64,000 bases of DNA from Eledone cirrhosa. Taxonomy: Eukaryota. Positions within the stretch are counted from its first letter, which is position 1. Every line of letters begins with the position of its first letter. This document shows, piece by piece, positions 52,763-64,000 of the stretch. The position numbers and the translations under genes are program-made. The DNA lies in contig OZ024747.1 in assembly GCA_964016885.1 (NCBI GenBank), positions 78,120,001-78,184,000 of the forward strand. Reading direction: 5' to 3'. The notes below the pieces were generated by a model. That model did no database searches, was not told the DNA's origin, and worked only from the letters and a program-made list of their open reading frames with translations.

Positions 52763-55700
52763 TCAGCATGTACCCATGGGAGGTCGGGTACCCTGTATTA
52801 CTGCGTGACGCCAGAAGTCACGGTCGTGTGTCATCGACTTTGAGAGGTGTAGTTGGGTAAGGTCGGCTTTTATCACCTCATCCCAAGTCATCTTGGGTCT
52901 CCCCACTCCGCGGTTTCCATCAACTTCTAGTGCTCTGCACCTTTTTATGCAGCTGTCATCCTTCATACGCATCACATGTCCATACCAGCGTAACCGCCTC
53001 TCCTGCACGCAGCATTTGATTCCTCTTATGCTCAGTTTCTCTCTCAATTCCTTTATGCTTTGTCGTTCACGTATATTACTGTTACACATCCATCGGAGCA
53101 TGCAGGCTTCGTTTCTCTCTAATCTACGTAAGTCTTCCACCTTCAGCGCCCAGGTCTCACTACCATGCAACATCGCTGTTCGGATACACGCATCATACAG
53201 TCTGCCTTTCATTCTGAGGGAGAAGCCTTTTGCAGCTAGCAGTGGTAGTAGTTCCCTAAACTTCTTCCATCCCGTTCTTACCCTAGTTATTGTACTTTCT
53301 GAGCACCCACCTCCGTTGCAAATTCGGTCACCTAGGTAGCAGAAGCTGTCTACTGTTTCTACAGGGCCCTCCCAGAGATTGGTGGTACTTGTTTCCTGTG
53401 GCTGTTTGCTTGCTGTTTCAGCACAGCTGCTGCATGTGAATCCTACATTCTTAATTAAGCTTCCTGAGATCCCGCTACATCTCTTGTGTACCCATTGTTT
53501 GCATTTGGGGCAGAGAATGGAGTTCCTACCTACACCTTTCCTACATACTGAGCAAGGCCATTTCCCTGAGGGGATCTGGGTTCTGTTTTCTCGTCTACTT
53601 ATAAGGACCTTAGTCTTTGTCATGTTGACTTTGAGGCCCTTTCTCTCTAGTCCCTGCTTCCAGGTTTGGAATTTATTCTCTAGTTCTACCATAGATTCAG
53701 CTATGAGTGCGAGGTCATCAGCATACAGGAGTTCCCATGGGCATCCGGTCTTAAACTCCTCCGTTATTGCCTGCAGGACTATGATGAACAGGAGAGGGCT
53801 AAGAACAGAGCCCTGGTGGACCCCAACCTGTACGCTAAATTCCTCGCTATACTCATTGCCAATCCTAACTTTGCTGACTGCTCCCCTATACATGGCTTGT
53901 ACCGCTTTCACAAGCCATTCATCTACTCCTAGTTTTCTAAGAGCCCACCAGATTACTGCACGTGGAACTCTGTCAAAGGCTTTCTCAAGGTCGACAAATG
54001 CCAAGTAGAGTGGCTTACTTTTAGCTAGGTACTTTTCCTGTAATTGCCTCACAAGGAAGAGGGCATCAGTGGTGCCTTTCCCTGGTACAAACCCAAATTG
54101 CATCTCGTCTATATTCACCCGGTCCCTAATCAGCTGTGCTATAACTCTTTCTGTTACTTTCATGACCTGGACCATCAACTTTATACCTCTATAGTTTCCT
54201 CTATCTAGTGCATCGCCTTTACCTTTGTAGCAGTTGACAATGATGCTACTGCACCAATCTTTTGGTATGGCCCCCTCTAGTATTACCTGGTTAACGATAC
54301 GTGTGGTTATAGTGTGACCTACAGACCCAGATGCCTTCAGCATCTCGGCAGCTATACCCGATGGACCGGTTGCCTTCCCTATCTTCATATCTCTGATTGC
54401 CTTACTTACTACGCTGCCGCTGACTTGTACTGCTGGTCCCTCTATAGGGTCTACGTGGGGTAGGGTCTCTTCTTCCCATGCATTCTCCTCATTTAGTAAT
54501 CTATCATAATGACTCTTCCATGCACCTTTCTTCTCAGCACTTGTGAGGGCAAGCTCACCTTTATCATTCCGGATACACTTCTCTCCAATGACATCACAAC
54601 TATCTCTGACACACTGCCTCGCAATCTTGAATACCTCCTGTTTCTGGTCCTCACGTTGTAAAACATGCTTGAATTTTCTATCCTCTGCTTCCCTCCTAGC
54701 TAAGTATACTTGTCGCCTAGCTTCCCTCTTGGTCTCTATGTAATGTACCCTGCTCCCCCCGTTCTTCCATTCTTTCCATGCCTGTCTCTTGGCCTTGACT
54801 GCTTCATCTACCTTATTGTTCCACCACCAAGTCACTCTCCTCCTGCTTGAGGTCTTACTCCAGCCACAAACCTCATCCGTCGCCTCTAGTAAGTTATTTT
54901 TTAGAAACTCCCAGTTCTCTTCTACGTTAAATGTCTCTATCTGTTCTTCTTTACTGTCGTAGGCGTTGAGTAAAATATCTTTAAATCTGTTACTGGTTGA
55001 GGGGACTTTCAGCTTCCAGATCTTTCTTCTCCAGGTTGGCCTCTGTTTCAGGGCTCGTCTAGTTCTGACCGTGAGGTCGCTGACAACTAAGCTATGTTGG
55101 GATGTACATTCCTCACTAGGGAAGGCTTTTGTGTTTACGACCGTCCATCTGTCACGTCCTCTGATGAGGATAAAATCTAACTGACTAGAGTGCTCCCCTG
55201 ATCTATAGGTGATCAGGTGGTTGTCGGGTTTTTTAAAGTTTGTGTTACATATCGACATGTCATTGGCGTCGCAGAATTCTAGAAGTCTGAATCCTTCCTC
55301 ATTCCTTGTGCCAACTCCATGGCCTCCATGTACTCTATTGAAGCCGTCGCAGTGTTTACCTACGTGTCCGTTAAAATCTCCTGCAATGATTAGGAAGTCC
55401 TTGTCGTCTGTTAGAGCAGTAGTGTGTATTAGGGACTCGTAAAACCTATCCTTAAGTTCGTCTGGCAGCCCCGATTGGGGTGCGTAAGCAGATATTATTG
55501 TGGTAATTGTCTTATTCAGGACTAGTCTGAGTTTAATGATTCTTGCATTTACCCTGTACACTGAGATTACTTTATCTACCCACTTGTCAGCTAATAGTAT
55601 ACCTACACCACCCATCCCATCGTCATTTCCCACCCAGAAAAATTTGTAGCACTGGCTTTTTCCTACAAGGACTCTGGCAGACTCTCCTCTCCATCTAGTC

Positions 55701-55882
55701 TCTTGCACACAGCATACATCAACTTCCTTTCGCTCTAGCATTTCTACGATTTCTCCTGCTCTTCCTTTCATTGAGCCTACATTGATGGTACCAACTCGGA
55801 GTTTTGGGCATTTGTCGACACTCGTAGGGGAGGGTCTCTGGGTTGGCGCTTCACGTGGGTGCTTGGTAGCTCGCAGATTCAT
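52763..55882 (-). CDS. RTE ORF: APE endonuclease, reverse transcriptase and PHD-type finger, 1039 aa
   Basis: APE motifs (TINVGSM, QETRW, GDFNGHVG, QLDFIL); RT motifs (FVDLEKAFDRV, GVHQGSVLSPLLF, YADD); C4HC3 insert; RTE tail RRLRWYGHVMR. Confidence 0.95.
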   Translation of the reverse strand: MNLRATKHPREAPTQRPSPTSVDKCPKLRVGTINVGSMKGRAGEIVEMLERKEVDVCCVQETRWRGESARVLVGKSQCYKFFWVGNDDGMGGVGILLADKWVDKVISVYRVNARIIKLRLVLNKTITTIISAYAPQSGLPDELKDRFYESLIHTTALTDDKDFLIIAGDFNGHVGKHCDGFNRVHGGHGVGTRNEEGFRLLEFCDANDMSICNTNFKKPDNHLITYRSGEHSSQLDFILIRGRDRWTVVNTKAFPSEECTSQHSLVVSDLTVRTRRALKQRPTWRRKIWKLKVPSTSNRFKDILLNAYDSKEEQIETFNVEENWEFLKNNLLEATDEVCGWSKTSSRRRVTWWWNNKVDEAVKAKRQAWKEWKNGGSRVHYIETKREARRQVYLARREAEDRKFKHVLQREDQKQEVFKIARQCVRDSCDVIGEKCIRNDKGELALTSAEKKGAWKSHYDRLLNEENAWEEETLPHVDPIEGPAVQVSGSVVSKAIRDMKIGKATGPSGIAAEMLKASGSVGHTITTRIVNQVILEGAIPKDWCSSIIVNCYKGKGDALDRGNYRGIKLMVQVMKVTERVIAQLIRDRVNIDEMQFGFVPGKGTTDALFLVRQLQEKYLAKSKPLYLAFVDLEKAFDRVPRAVIWWALRKLGVDEWLVKAVQAMYRGAVSKVRIGNEYSEEFSVQVGVHQGSVLSPLLFIIVLQAITEEFKTGCPWELLYADDLALIAESMVELENKFQTWKQGLERKGLKVNMTKTKVLISRRENRTQIPSGKWPCSVCRKGVGRNSILCPKCKQWVHKRCSGISGSLIKNVGFTCSSCAETASKQPQETSTTNLWEGPVETVDSFCYLGDRICNGGGCSESTITRVRTGWKKFRELLPLLAAKGFSLRMKGRLYDACIRTAMLHGSETWALKVEDLRRLERNEACMLRWMCNSNIRERQSIKELREKLSIRGIKCCVQERRLRWYGHVMRMKDDSCIKRCRALEVDGNRGVGRPKMTWDEVIKADLTQLHLSKSMTHDRDFWRHAVIQGTRPPMGTC

Positions 55883-56124
55883 ATTTCATCTATTGATTCA
55901 GAGTTGCTCGTGTATTCCCAGCAGCTCATCCATCCATAACGGTGGGAAAATTGAGAGCTAGAAGAACAGTGGTGGTGGGGTAATGGCAGGGTGTGTTGGG
56001 ATGCGCCAGAGGAGGAGAGAGTTAGTTAGGCAGGTAGTAGCAGCAGCAGTGGAAATGGCATGCTAGGTTTGATTGGTCGAATAGACTATGGTGGTGTGTG
56101 TGGGGGGGGGGGGGGAATTGTGCG

Positions 56125-57199
<1,075 letters not shown>

Positions 57200-57425
57200 T
57201 TATATATATATATACATTTATATATATACATTTATATATATATATACATTTAAACATATATATATATATATATACATTTATATATATATATACATTTATA
57301 TATATATACATTTATATATATATATACATATATATATAAATGTATATATATAAATGTATATATATAAATGTATATATATATATATATGTTTAAATGTATA
57401 TATATAAATGTATATATATATATAA

Positions 57426-57495
<70 letters not shown>

Positions 57496-57551
57496 AAATG
57501 TATATATATATATATGTATAAATGTATATATATATTTATATATATATAAAC

Positions 57552-57585
<34 letters not shown>

Positions 57586-57944
57586 GTATATATATATATA
57601 AATGTATATATATATATATATGTATATAAATGTATATATATATATATAATTGTATATATATATATATAAATGTATATATTATATATATAAATGTATAGAT
57701 TATATATATAAATGTATAGATTATATATATAAATGTATAGATTATATATATAAATGTATATATATATATAAATATATATATATATAAATATAAATATATA
57801 TAAATATATATATATATAAATATAAATATATATAAATATATATAAATATATATATACGTAGGTCCCGGGTTGAGTCGGGGATAACCACAGTAAATAAGGT
57901 ACTCAATACATGGCAGAGTAAAAATTTTTTTATTTTATAGAAGG

Positions 57945-57995
57945 AGCTTCTACAGGACTAGTACTGTTTCATTCAGATGAAATCTTCAGGAAGCT
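57945..57995 (-). ncRNA. Type I hammerhead ribozyme motif in a short (TA)n-flanked element (about 57857-58275)
   Basis: AGCTTC CTGAAGA T TTC-ATCT-GAA T GAAA CAG-TACTAGTC-CTG TA GAAGCT; 6-bp stem I; GUA triplet. Confidence 0.78.
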
Positions 57996-58302
57996 GGGTG
58001 TCATATTAAGTTCTGGTATTTATACATTTAGGTAGTGGCAAGGGAGGGGTGGTGGATGGGGGGGGGGGGGGGGGGGGGTATTTAGATACACAGGACCACT
58101 TCATGGCACAGGCCGTTTTTTCTTTGGTGTCAATTAGCCAGAGTGCTTTTAAATAAGTAAATAAATAAATAAATGAATAAATAAATAGATAAATGAATAA
58201 ATAAATAAAATAAATAAAATAAATAAAATAAATAAAAAAATAAATAAAAAATAAATAAATAAATAAACAAATATTATATATATATATAAATATATATATG
58301 GA

Positions 58303-59508
58303 ATGATATGTCACAAACTACACGGACTCGGCATAACTGGAAAAGTAGGTGAGTGGCTGCATGGCTTCCTAAGGGACAGAAGCCAGGCAGTCGCAGCAAA
58401 TGGGGCCCTCTCGAGGGAAACACCGATAACAAGTGGGGTGCCCCAGGGGACAGTCCTGGGACCACTACTGTTTTTGGTGGCTCTCTCAGACATGCCCTCT
58501 GTGGTGCATGCAACAACATCCCTCACTAGCTATGCTGATGACACTAAGGTAGCACCGGCAATCAAAAACCCGGCTGACGCTGCCCTTTTACAGCAGGATC
58601 TGGATGCCATATACAGATGGGCGGAAGAAAACAACATGCAGTTTAATGCTGGCAAATTCCAAGCCCTACAATACAAACCTGCAAACACAAATATAGTGGA
58701 ACACAGCTACACAGGACCAGGAGGGACCGATATCCCCGTGTCAAAATCGATACGAGACCTGGGCATAGACATGAGCGATGATGCATCTTTTTCTTCACAC
58801 ATCATGAAGGTGGCGACAACATGTAGATGATTCGCTGGCTGGATCTTGAGGACTTTCCTTACAAGAGATCGAGACACCATGTTGACACTGTGGACGACTT
58901 TTGTCCTAAGCCGCCTGGACTACTGCTCCCAGCTGTGGTCACCCCATAGTGTCAAACTAACCACGGAGCTTGAGGCAATCCAGCAAAGCTACACCAAGAG
59001 GATTGCCAAGATGAGAGAGACAAGCTACTGGGAGAGGCTAAAGGAACTGAACCTCTACTCCTTGGAGCGAAGACGGGAGAGATACGCAGTGATCTACATG
59101 TGGAAAATCCTGGAGGGACTAGCACCAAACTTTGGCATTGGGAGCTGGACCAACCGTCGAACAGGACGTCACTGTGTGGTGCCAAAGGTCCCGTCTTCCA
59201 CATCTAGAATAAGGAGCAGGTATTGCAATAGCCTGGGATTCAAGGGCCCTCAACTCTTCAACAGGCTGCCGAGGCATCTGAGAGACTTGCATGACGTGGA
59301 GGTGGATGTCTTTAAGAAACATCTCGACACCTTGTTATCCAGGATCCCGGATGAGCCCACAGCAAGACACGAGGGAAACCTAAGGGCAGCAGCAACAAAC
59401 TACCTCCTACACCAGTGGCCAACCTATACAGGCTGGAGATAAAATGTGTAGCAACAAGGGTGGTGCCCCAGCATGGCCTCAGCCGGATGGCTAAAACAGG
59501 TAAAAGAG

Positions 59509-59510
<2 letters not shown>
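58303..59510 (+). mobile_element. 5'-truncated CR1-group LINE
   Basis: SGVPQGTVLGPLLF, YADD, SRLDYCSQLWSP, SLERRRER; ORFs 58303-58830 and 58846-59442 share a frame and are split by one TGA. Confidence 0.88.
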
Positions 59511-59541
<31 letters not shown>

Positions 59542-59569
59542 TGTTATACTTGGGGAGGGTCATACATAT

Positions 59570-59600
<31 letters not shown>

Positions 59601-59643
59601 AATATATATATAAATATATATATATATATAAATATATATAAAT

Positions 59644-59674
<31 letters not shown>

Positions 59675-59687
59675 AATATGTATATAT

Positions 59688-59720
<33 letters not shown>

Positions 59721-59759
59721 AATAGAAATATATATAGAAATATATATATATATATATAT

Positions 59760-62700
59760 ATAAATTGAAACAAAATGAAAACGAAATTTCATTTCTCACT
59801 CTTAGTATGGCACTTACTTAAATGTAAGTATGCATGTATACGTACATACATATATGTATACAGACGTACAGTAGCATGCACATATATATATATATATACA
59901 TATATACATACATATGCATACAGGTACACATACATATATGCACGTATCAGTTTAGCGGCGCTAACGTCGCTTTGTTCGTTTGTAAACAAACTGAACAGCC
60001 TGAATTTATGCCATACGGTGTTAAGGCAACCACGTCACCTTTTTGTTCAACACTGACACAGGAACGATGTACTAGTTTCAAGCTTGTTAGCTATCATCAG
60101 CACCGTTTACCCATCTGCCAGATAGTTGAACGTTCGAAAGTATATACTTTCCTTATGAAAATTAACGGCTGAGCAGCCTAATTTGCATATTGAGTGAGTT
60201 AAATCGGTCAGGCATACCGAAAACGATAAATTGAAACAAAATGAAAACGAATTTTCATTTCTCACTCTTAGTATGGCACTTACTTAAATGTAAGTATGCA
60301 TGTATACGTACATACATATATGTATACAGACGTACAGTAGCATGCACATATATATATATATATACATATATACATACATATGCATACAGGTACACATACA
60401 TATATGCACGTATCAGTTTAGCGGCGCTAACGTCGCTTTGTTCGTTTGTAAACAAACTGAACAGCCTGAATTTATGCCATACGGTGTTAAGGCAACCACG
60501 TCACCTTTTTGTTCAACACTGACACAGGAACGATGTACTAGTTTCAAGCTTGTTAGCTATCATCAGCACCGTTTACCCATCTGCCAGATAGTTGAACGTT
60601 CGAAAGTATATACTTTCCTTATGAAAATTAACGGCTGAGCAGCCTAATTTGCATATTGAGTGAGTTAAATCGGTCAGGCATACCGAAAACGATAAATTGA
60701 AACAAAATGAAAACGAAATTTCATTTCTCACTCTTAGTATGGCACTTACTTAAATGTAAGTATGCATGTATACGTACATACATATATGTATACAGACGTA
60801 CAGTAGCATGCACATATATATATATATATATATACATATATACATACATATGCATACAGGTACACATACATATATGCACGTATCAGTTTAGCGGCGTTAA
60901 CGTCGCTTTGTTCGTTTGTAAACAAACTGAACAGCCTGAATTTATGCCATACGGTGTTAAGGCAACCACGTCACCTTTTTGTTCAACACTGACACAGGAA
61001 CGATGTACTAGTTTCAAGCTTGTTAGCTATCATCAGCACCGTTTACCCATCTGCCAGATAGTTGAACGTTCGGAAGTATATACTTTCCTTATGAAAATTA
61101 ACGGCTGAGCAGCTTAATTTGCATATTGAGTGAGTTAAATCGGTCAGGCATACCGAAAACGATAAATTGAAACAAAATGAAAACGAAATTTCATTTCTCA
61201 CTCTTAGTATGGCACTTACTTAAATGTAAGTATGCATGTATACGTACATACATATATGTATACAGACGTACAGTAGCATGCACATATATATATATATATA
61301 CATATATACATACATATGCATACAGGTACACATACATATATGCACGTATCAGTTTAGCGGCGCTAACGTCGCTTTGTTCGTTTGTAAACAAACTGAACAG
61401 CCTGAATTTATGCCATACGGTGTTAAGGCAACCACGTCACCTTTTTGTTCAACACTGACACAGGAACGATGTACTAGTTTCAAGCTTGTTAGCTATCATC
61501 AGCACCGTTTACCCATCTGCCAGATAGTTGAACGTTCGAAAGTATATACTTTCCTTATGAAAATTAACGGCTGAGCAGCCTAATTTGCATATTGAGTGAG
61601 TTAAATCGGTCAGGCATACCGAAAACGATAAATTGAAACAAAATGAAAACGAAATTTCATTTCTCACTCTTAGTATGGCACTTACTTAAATGTAAGTATG
61701 CATGTATACGTACATACATATATGTATACAGACGTACAGTAGCATGCACATATATATATATATATACATATATACATACAGGTACACATACATATATGCA
61801 CGTATCAGTTTAGCGGCGTTAACGTCGCTTTGTTCGTTTGTAAACAAACTGAACAGCCTGAATTTATGCCATACGGTGTTAAGGCAACCACGTCACCTTT
61901 TTGTTCAACACTGACACAGGAACGATGTACTAGTTTCAAGCTTGTTAGCTATCATCAGCACCGTTTACCCATCAGCCAGATAGTTGAACGTTCGAAAGTA
62001 TATACTTTCCTTATGAAAATTAACGGCTGAGCAGCCTAATTTGCATATTGAGTGAGTTAAATCGGTCAGGCATACCGAAAACGAAAAATTGAAACAAAAT
62101 GAAAACGAAATTTCATTTCTCACTCTTAGTATGGCACTTACTTAAATGTAAGTATGCATGTATACGTACATACATATATGTATACAGACGTACAGTAGCA
62201 TGCACATATATATATATATATATATATACATATATACATACATATGCATACAGGTACACATACATATATGCACGTATCAGTTTAGCGGCGCTAACGTCGC
62301 TTTGTTCGTTTGTAAACAAACTGAACAGCCTGAATTTATGCCATACGGTGTTAAGGCAACCACGTCACCTTTTTGTTCAACACTGACACAGGAACGATGT
62401 ACTAGTTTCAAGCTTGTTAGCTATCATCAGCACCGTTTACCCATCTGCCAGATAGTTGAACGTTCGAAAGTATATACTTTCCTTATGAAAATTAACGGCT
62501 GAGCAGCCTAATTTGCATATTGAGTGAGTTAAATCGGTCAGGCATACCGAAAACGATAAATTGAAACAAAATGAAAACGAAATTTCATTTCTCACTCTTA
62601 GTATGGCACTTACTTAAATGTAAGTATGCATGTATACGTACATACATATATGTATACAGACGTACAGTAGCATGCACATATATATATATATATATATACA

Positions 62701-64000
62701 TATATACATACATATGCATACAGGTACACATACATATATGCACGTATCAGTTTAGCGGCGCTAACGTCGCTTTGTTCGTTTGTAAACAAACTGAACAGCC
62801 TGAATTTATGCCATACGGTGTTAAGGCAACCACGTCACCTTTTTGTTCAACACTGACACAGGAACGATGTACTAGTTTCAAGCTTGTTAGCTATCATCAG
62901 CACCGTTTACCCATCTGCCAGATAGTTGAACGTTCGAAAGTATATACTTTCCTTATGAAAATTAACGGCTGAGCAGCCTAATTTGCATATTGAGTGAGTT
63001 AAATCGGTCAGGCATACCGAAAACGATAAATTGAAACAAAATGAAAACGAAATTTCATTTCTCACTCTTAGTATGGCACTTACTTAAATGTAAGTATGCA
63101 TGTATACGTACATACATATATGTATACAGACGTACAGTAGCATGCACATATATATATATACATATATACATACATATGCATACAGCTACACATACATATA
63201 TGCACGTATCAGTTTAGCGGCGCTAACGTCGCTTTGTTCGTTTGTAAACAAACTGAACAGCCTGAATTTATGCCATACGGTGTTAAGGCAACCACGTCAC
63301 CTTTTTGTTCAACACTGACACAGGAACGATGTACTAGTTTCAAGCTTGTTAGCTATCATCAGCACCGTTTACCCATCTGCCAGATAGTTGAACGTTCGAA
63401 AGTATATACTTTCCTTATGAAAATTAACGGCTGAGCAGCCTAATTTGCATATTGAGTGAGTTAAATCGGTCAGGCATACCGAAAATGATAAATTGAAACA
63501 AAATGAAAACGAAATTTCATTTCTCACTCTTAGTATGGCACTTACTTAAATGTAAGTATGCATGTATACGTACATACATATATGTATACAGACGTACAGT
63601 AGCATGCACATATATATATATATATACATATATACATACATATGCATACAGGTACACATACATATATGCACGTATCAGTTTAGCGGCGCTAACGTCGCTT
63701 TGTTCGTTTGTAAACAAACTGAACAGCCTGAATTTATGCCATACGGTGTTAAGGCAACCACGTCACCTTTTTGTTCAACACTGACACAGGAACGATGTAC
63801 TAGTTTCAAGCTTGTTAGCTATCATCAGCACCGTTTACCCATCTGCCAGATAGTTGAACGTTCGAAAGTATATACTTTCCTTATGAAAATTAACGGCTGA
63901 GCAGCCTAATTTGCATATTGAGTGAGTTAAATCGGTCAGGCATACCGAAAACGATAAATTGAAACAAAATGAAAACGAAATTTCATTTCTCACTCTTAGT
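59760..64000 (-). repeat. Tandem array of a ~466-bp unit, 9 complete copies, running off the window; one hammerhead per unit
   Basis: Unit spacings 466, 466, 470, 466, 456, 472, 470, 462, 466; length differences fall in the internal TA/CA microsatellite. Confidence 0.97.
60063..60107 (-). ncRNA. Minimal type I hammerhead ribozyme, first of 9 copies (others start at 60529, 60999, 61465, 61921, 62393, 62863, 63325, 63791)
   Basis: AACGGTG CTGATGA T AGCT-AACA-AGCT T GAAA CTAG TA CATCGTT; 7-bp stem I with one G-U; palindromic stem III ACTAGT; GUA triplet. Confidence 0.85.

Noticed and set aside
52893-55442. Plus-strand ORFs up to 209 aa
   Set aside because: Antisense shadows of the RTE ORF.
58828-58830. 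In-frame TGA in the CR1 fragment as selenocysteine or readthrough
   Set aside because: The copy is 5'-truncated and no SECIS was recognised; a simple nonsense mutation is more likely.
59790-59829. Apparent 18-nt micro-exon (cttag|TATGGCACTTACTTAAAT|gtaagt) in each array unit
   Set aside because: The donor is one arm of an ACTTAC/GTAAGT inverted repeat and there is no supporting gene context; cannot be supported without RNA data.
59775-63900. Repeated 66-133-aa ORFs in the tandem array
   Set aside because: Frames shift between units with microsatellite length, and no domain is recognisable.

Overview
Eukaryotic, AT-rich, repeat-dense genomic DNA; the SINE, RTE and microsatellite content suggests a cephalopod mollusc such as Octopus (inference). 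The first 27 kb hold 13 + strand coding exons (3916-27071, 437 aa, all GT-AG and phase-consistent) of an Ariadne-1/ARIH1 RBR E3 ubiquitin ligase; its N-terminal exon(s) lie upstream of the window. The introns carry piggyBac-type MITEs, a deleted piggyBac, mariner remnants, SINEs and RTE tails. A 37-bp minisatellite follows the gene. From about 37.6 kb the window is a (TA)n-rich nest of retroelements: two Penelope-like elements (RT plus GIY-YIG), a full-length RTE LINE with an intact 1039-aa ORF containing a PHD-type finger, and CR1 and RTE fragments. The main result is a set of unannotated hammerhead ribozyme (HHR) motifs. The ~466-bp tandem array at 59.76-64 kb carries one minimal type I HHR per unit on the minus strand (9 copies), the layout of a retrozyme or self-cleaving satellite. 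Six further HHR motifs from five element families occur elsewhere, one in sense orientation inside the last ARIH1 intron. All structures were read by eye; none has been folded computationally or tested.
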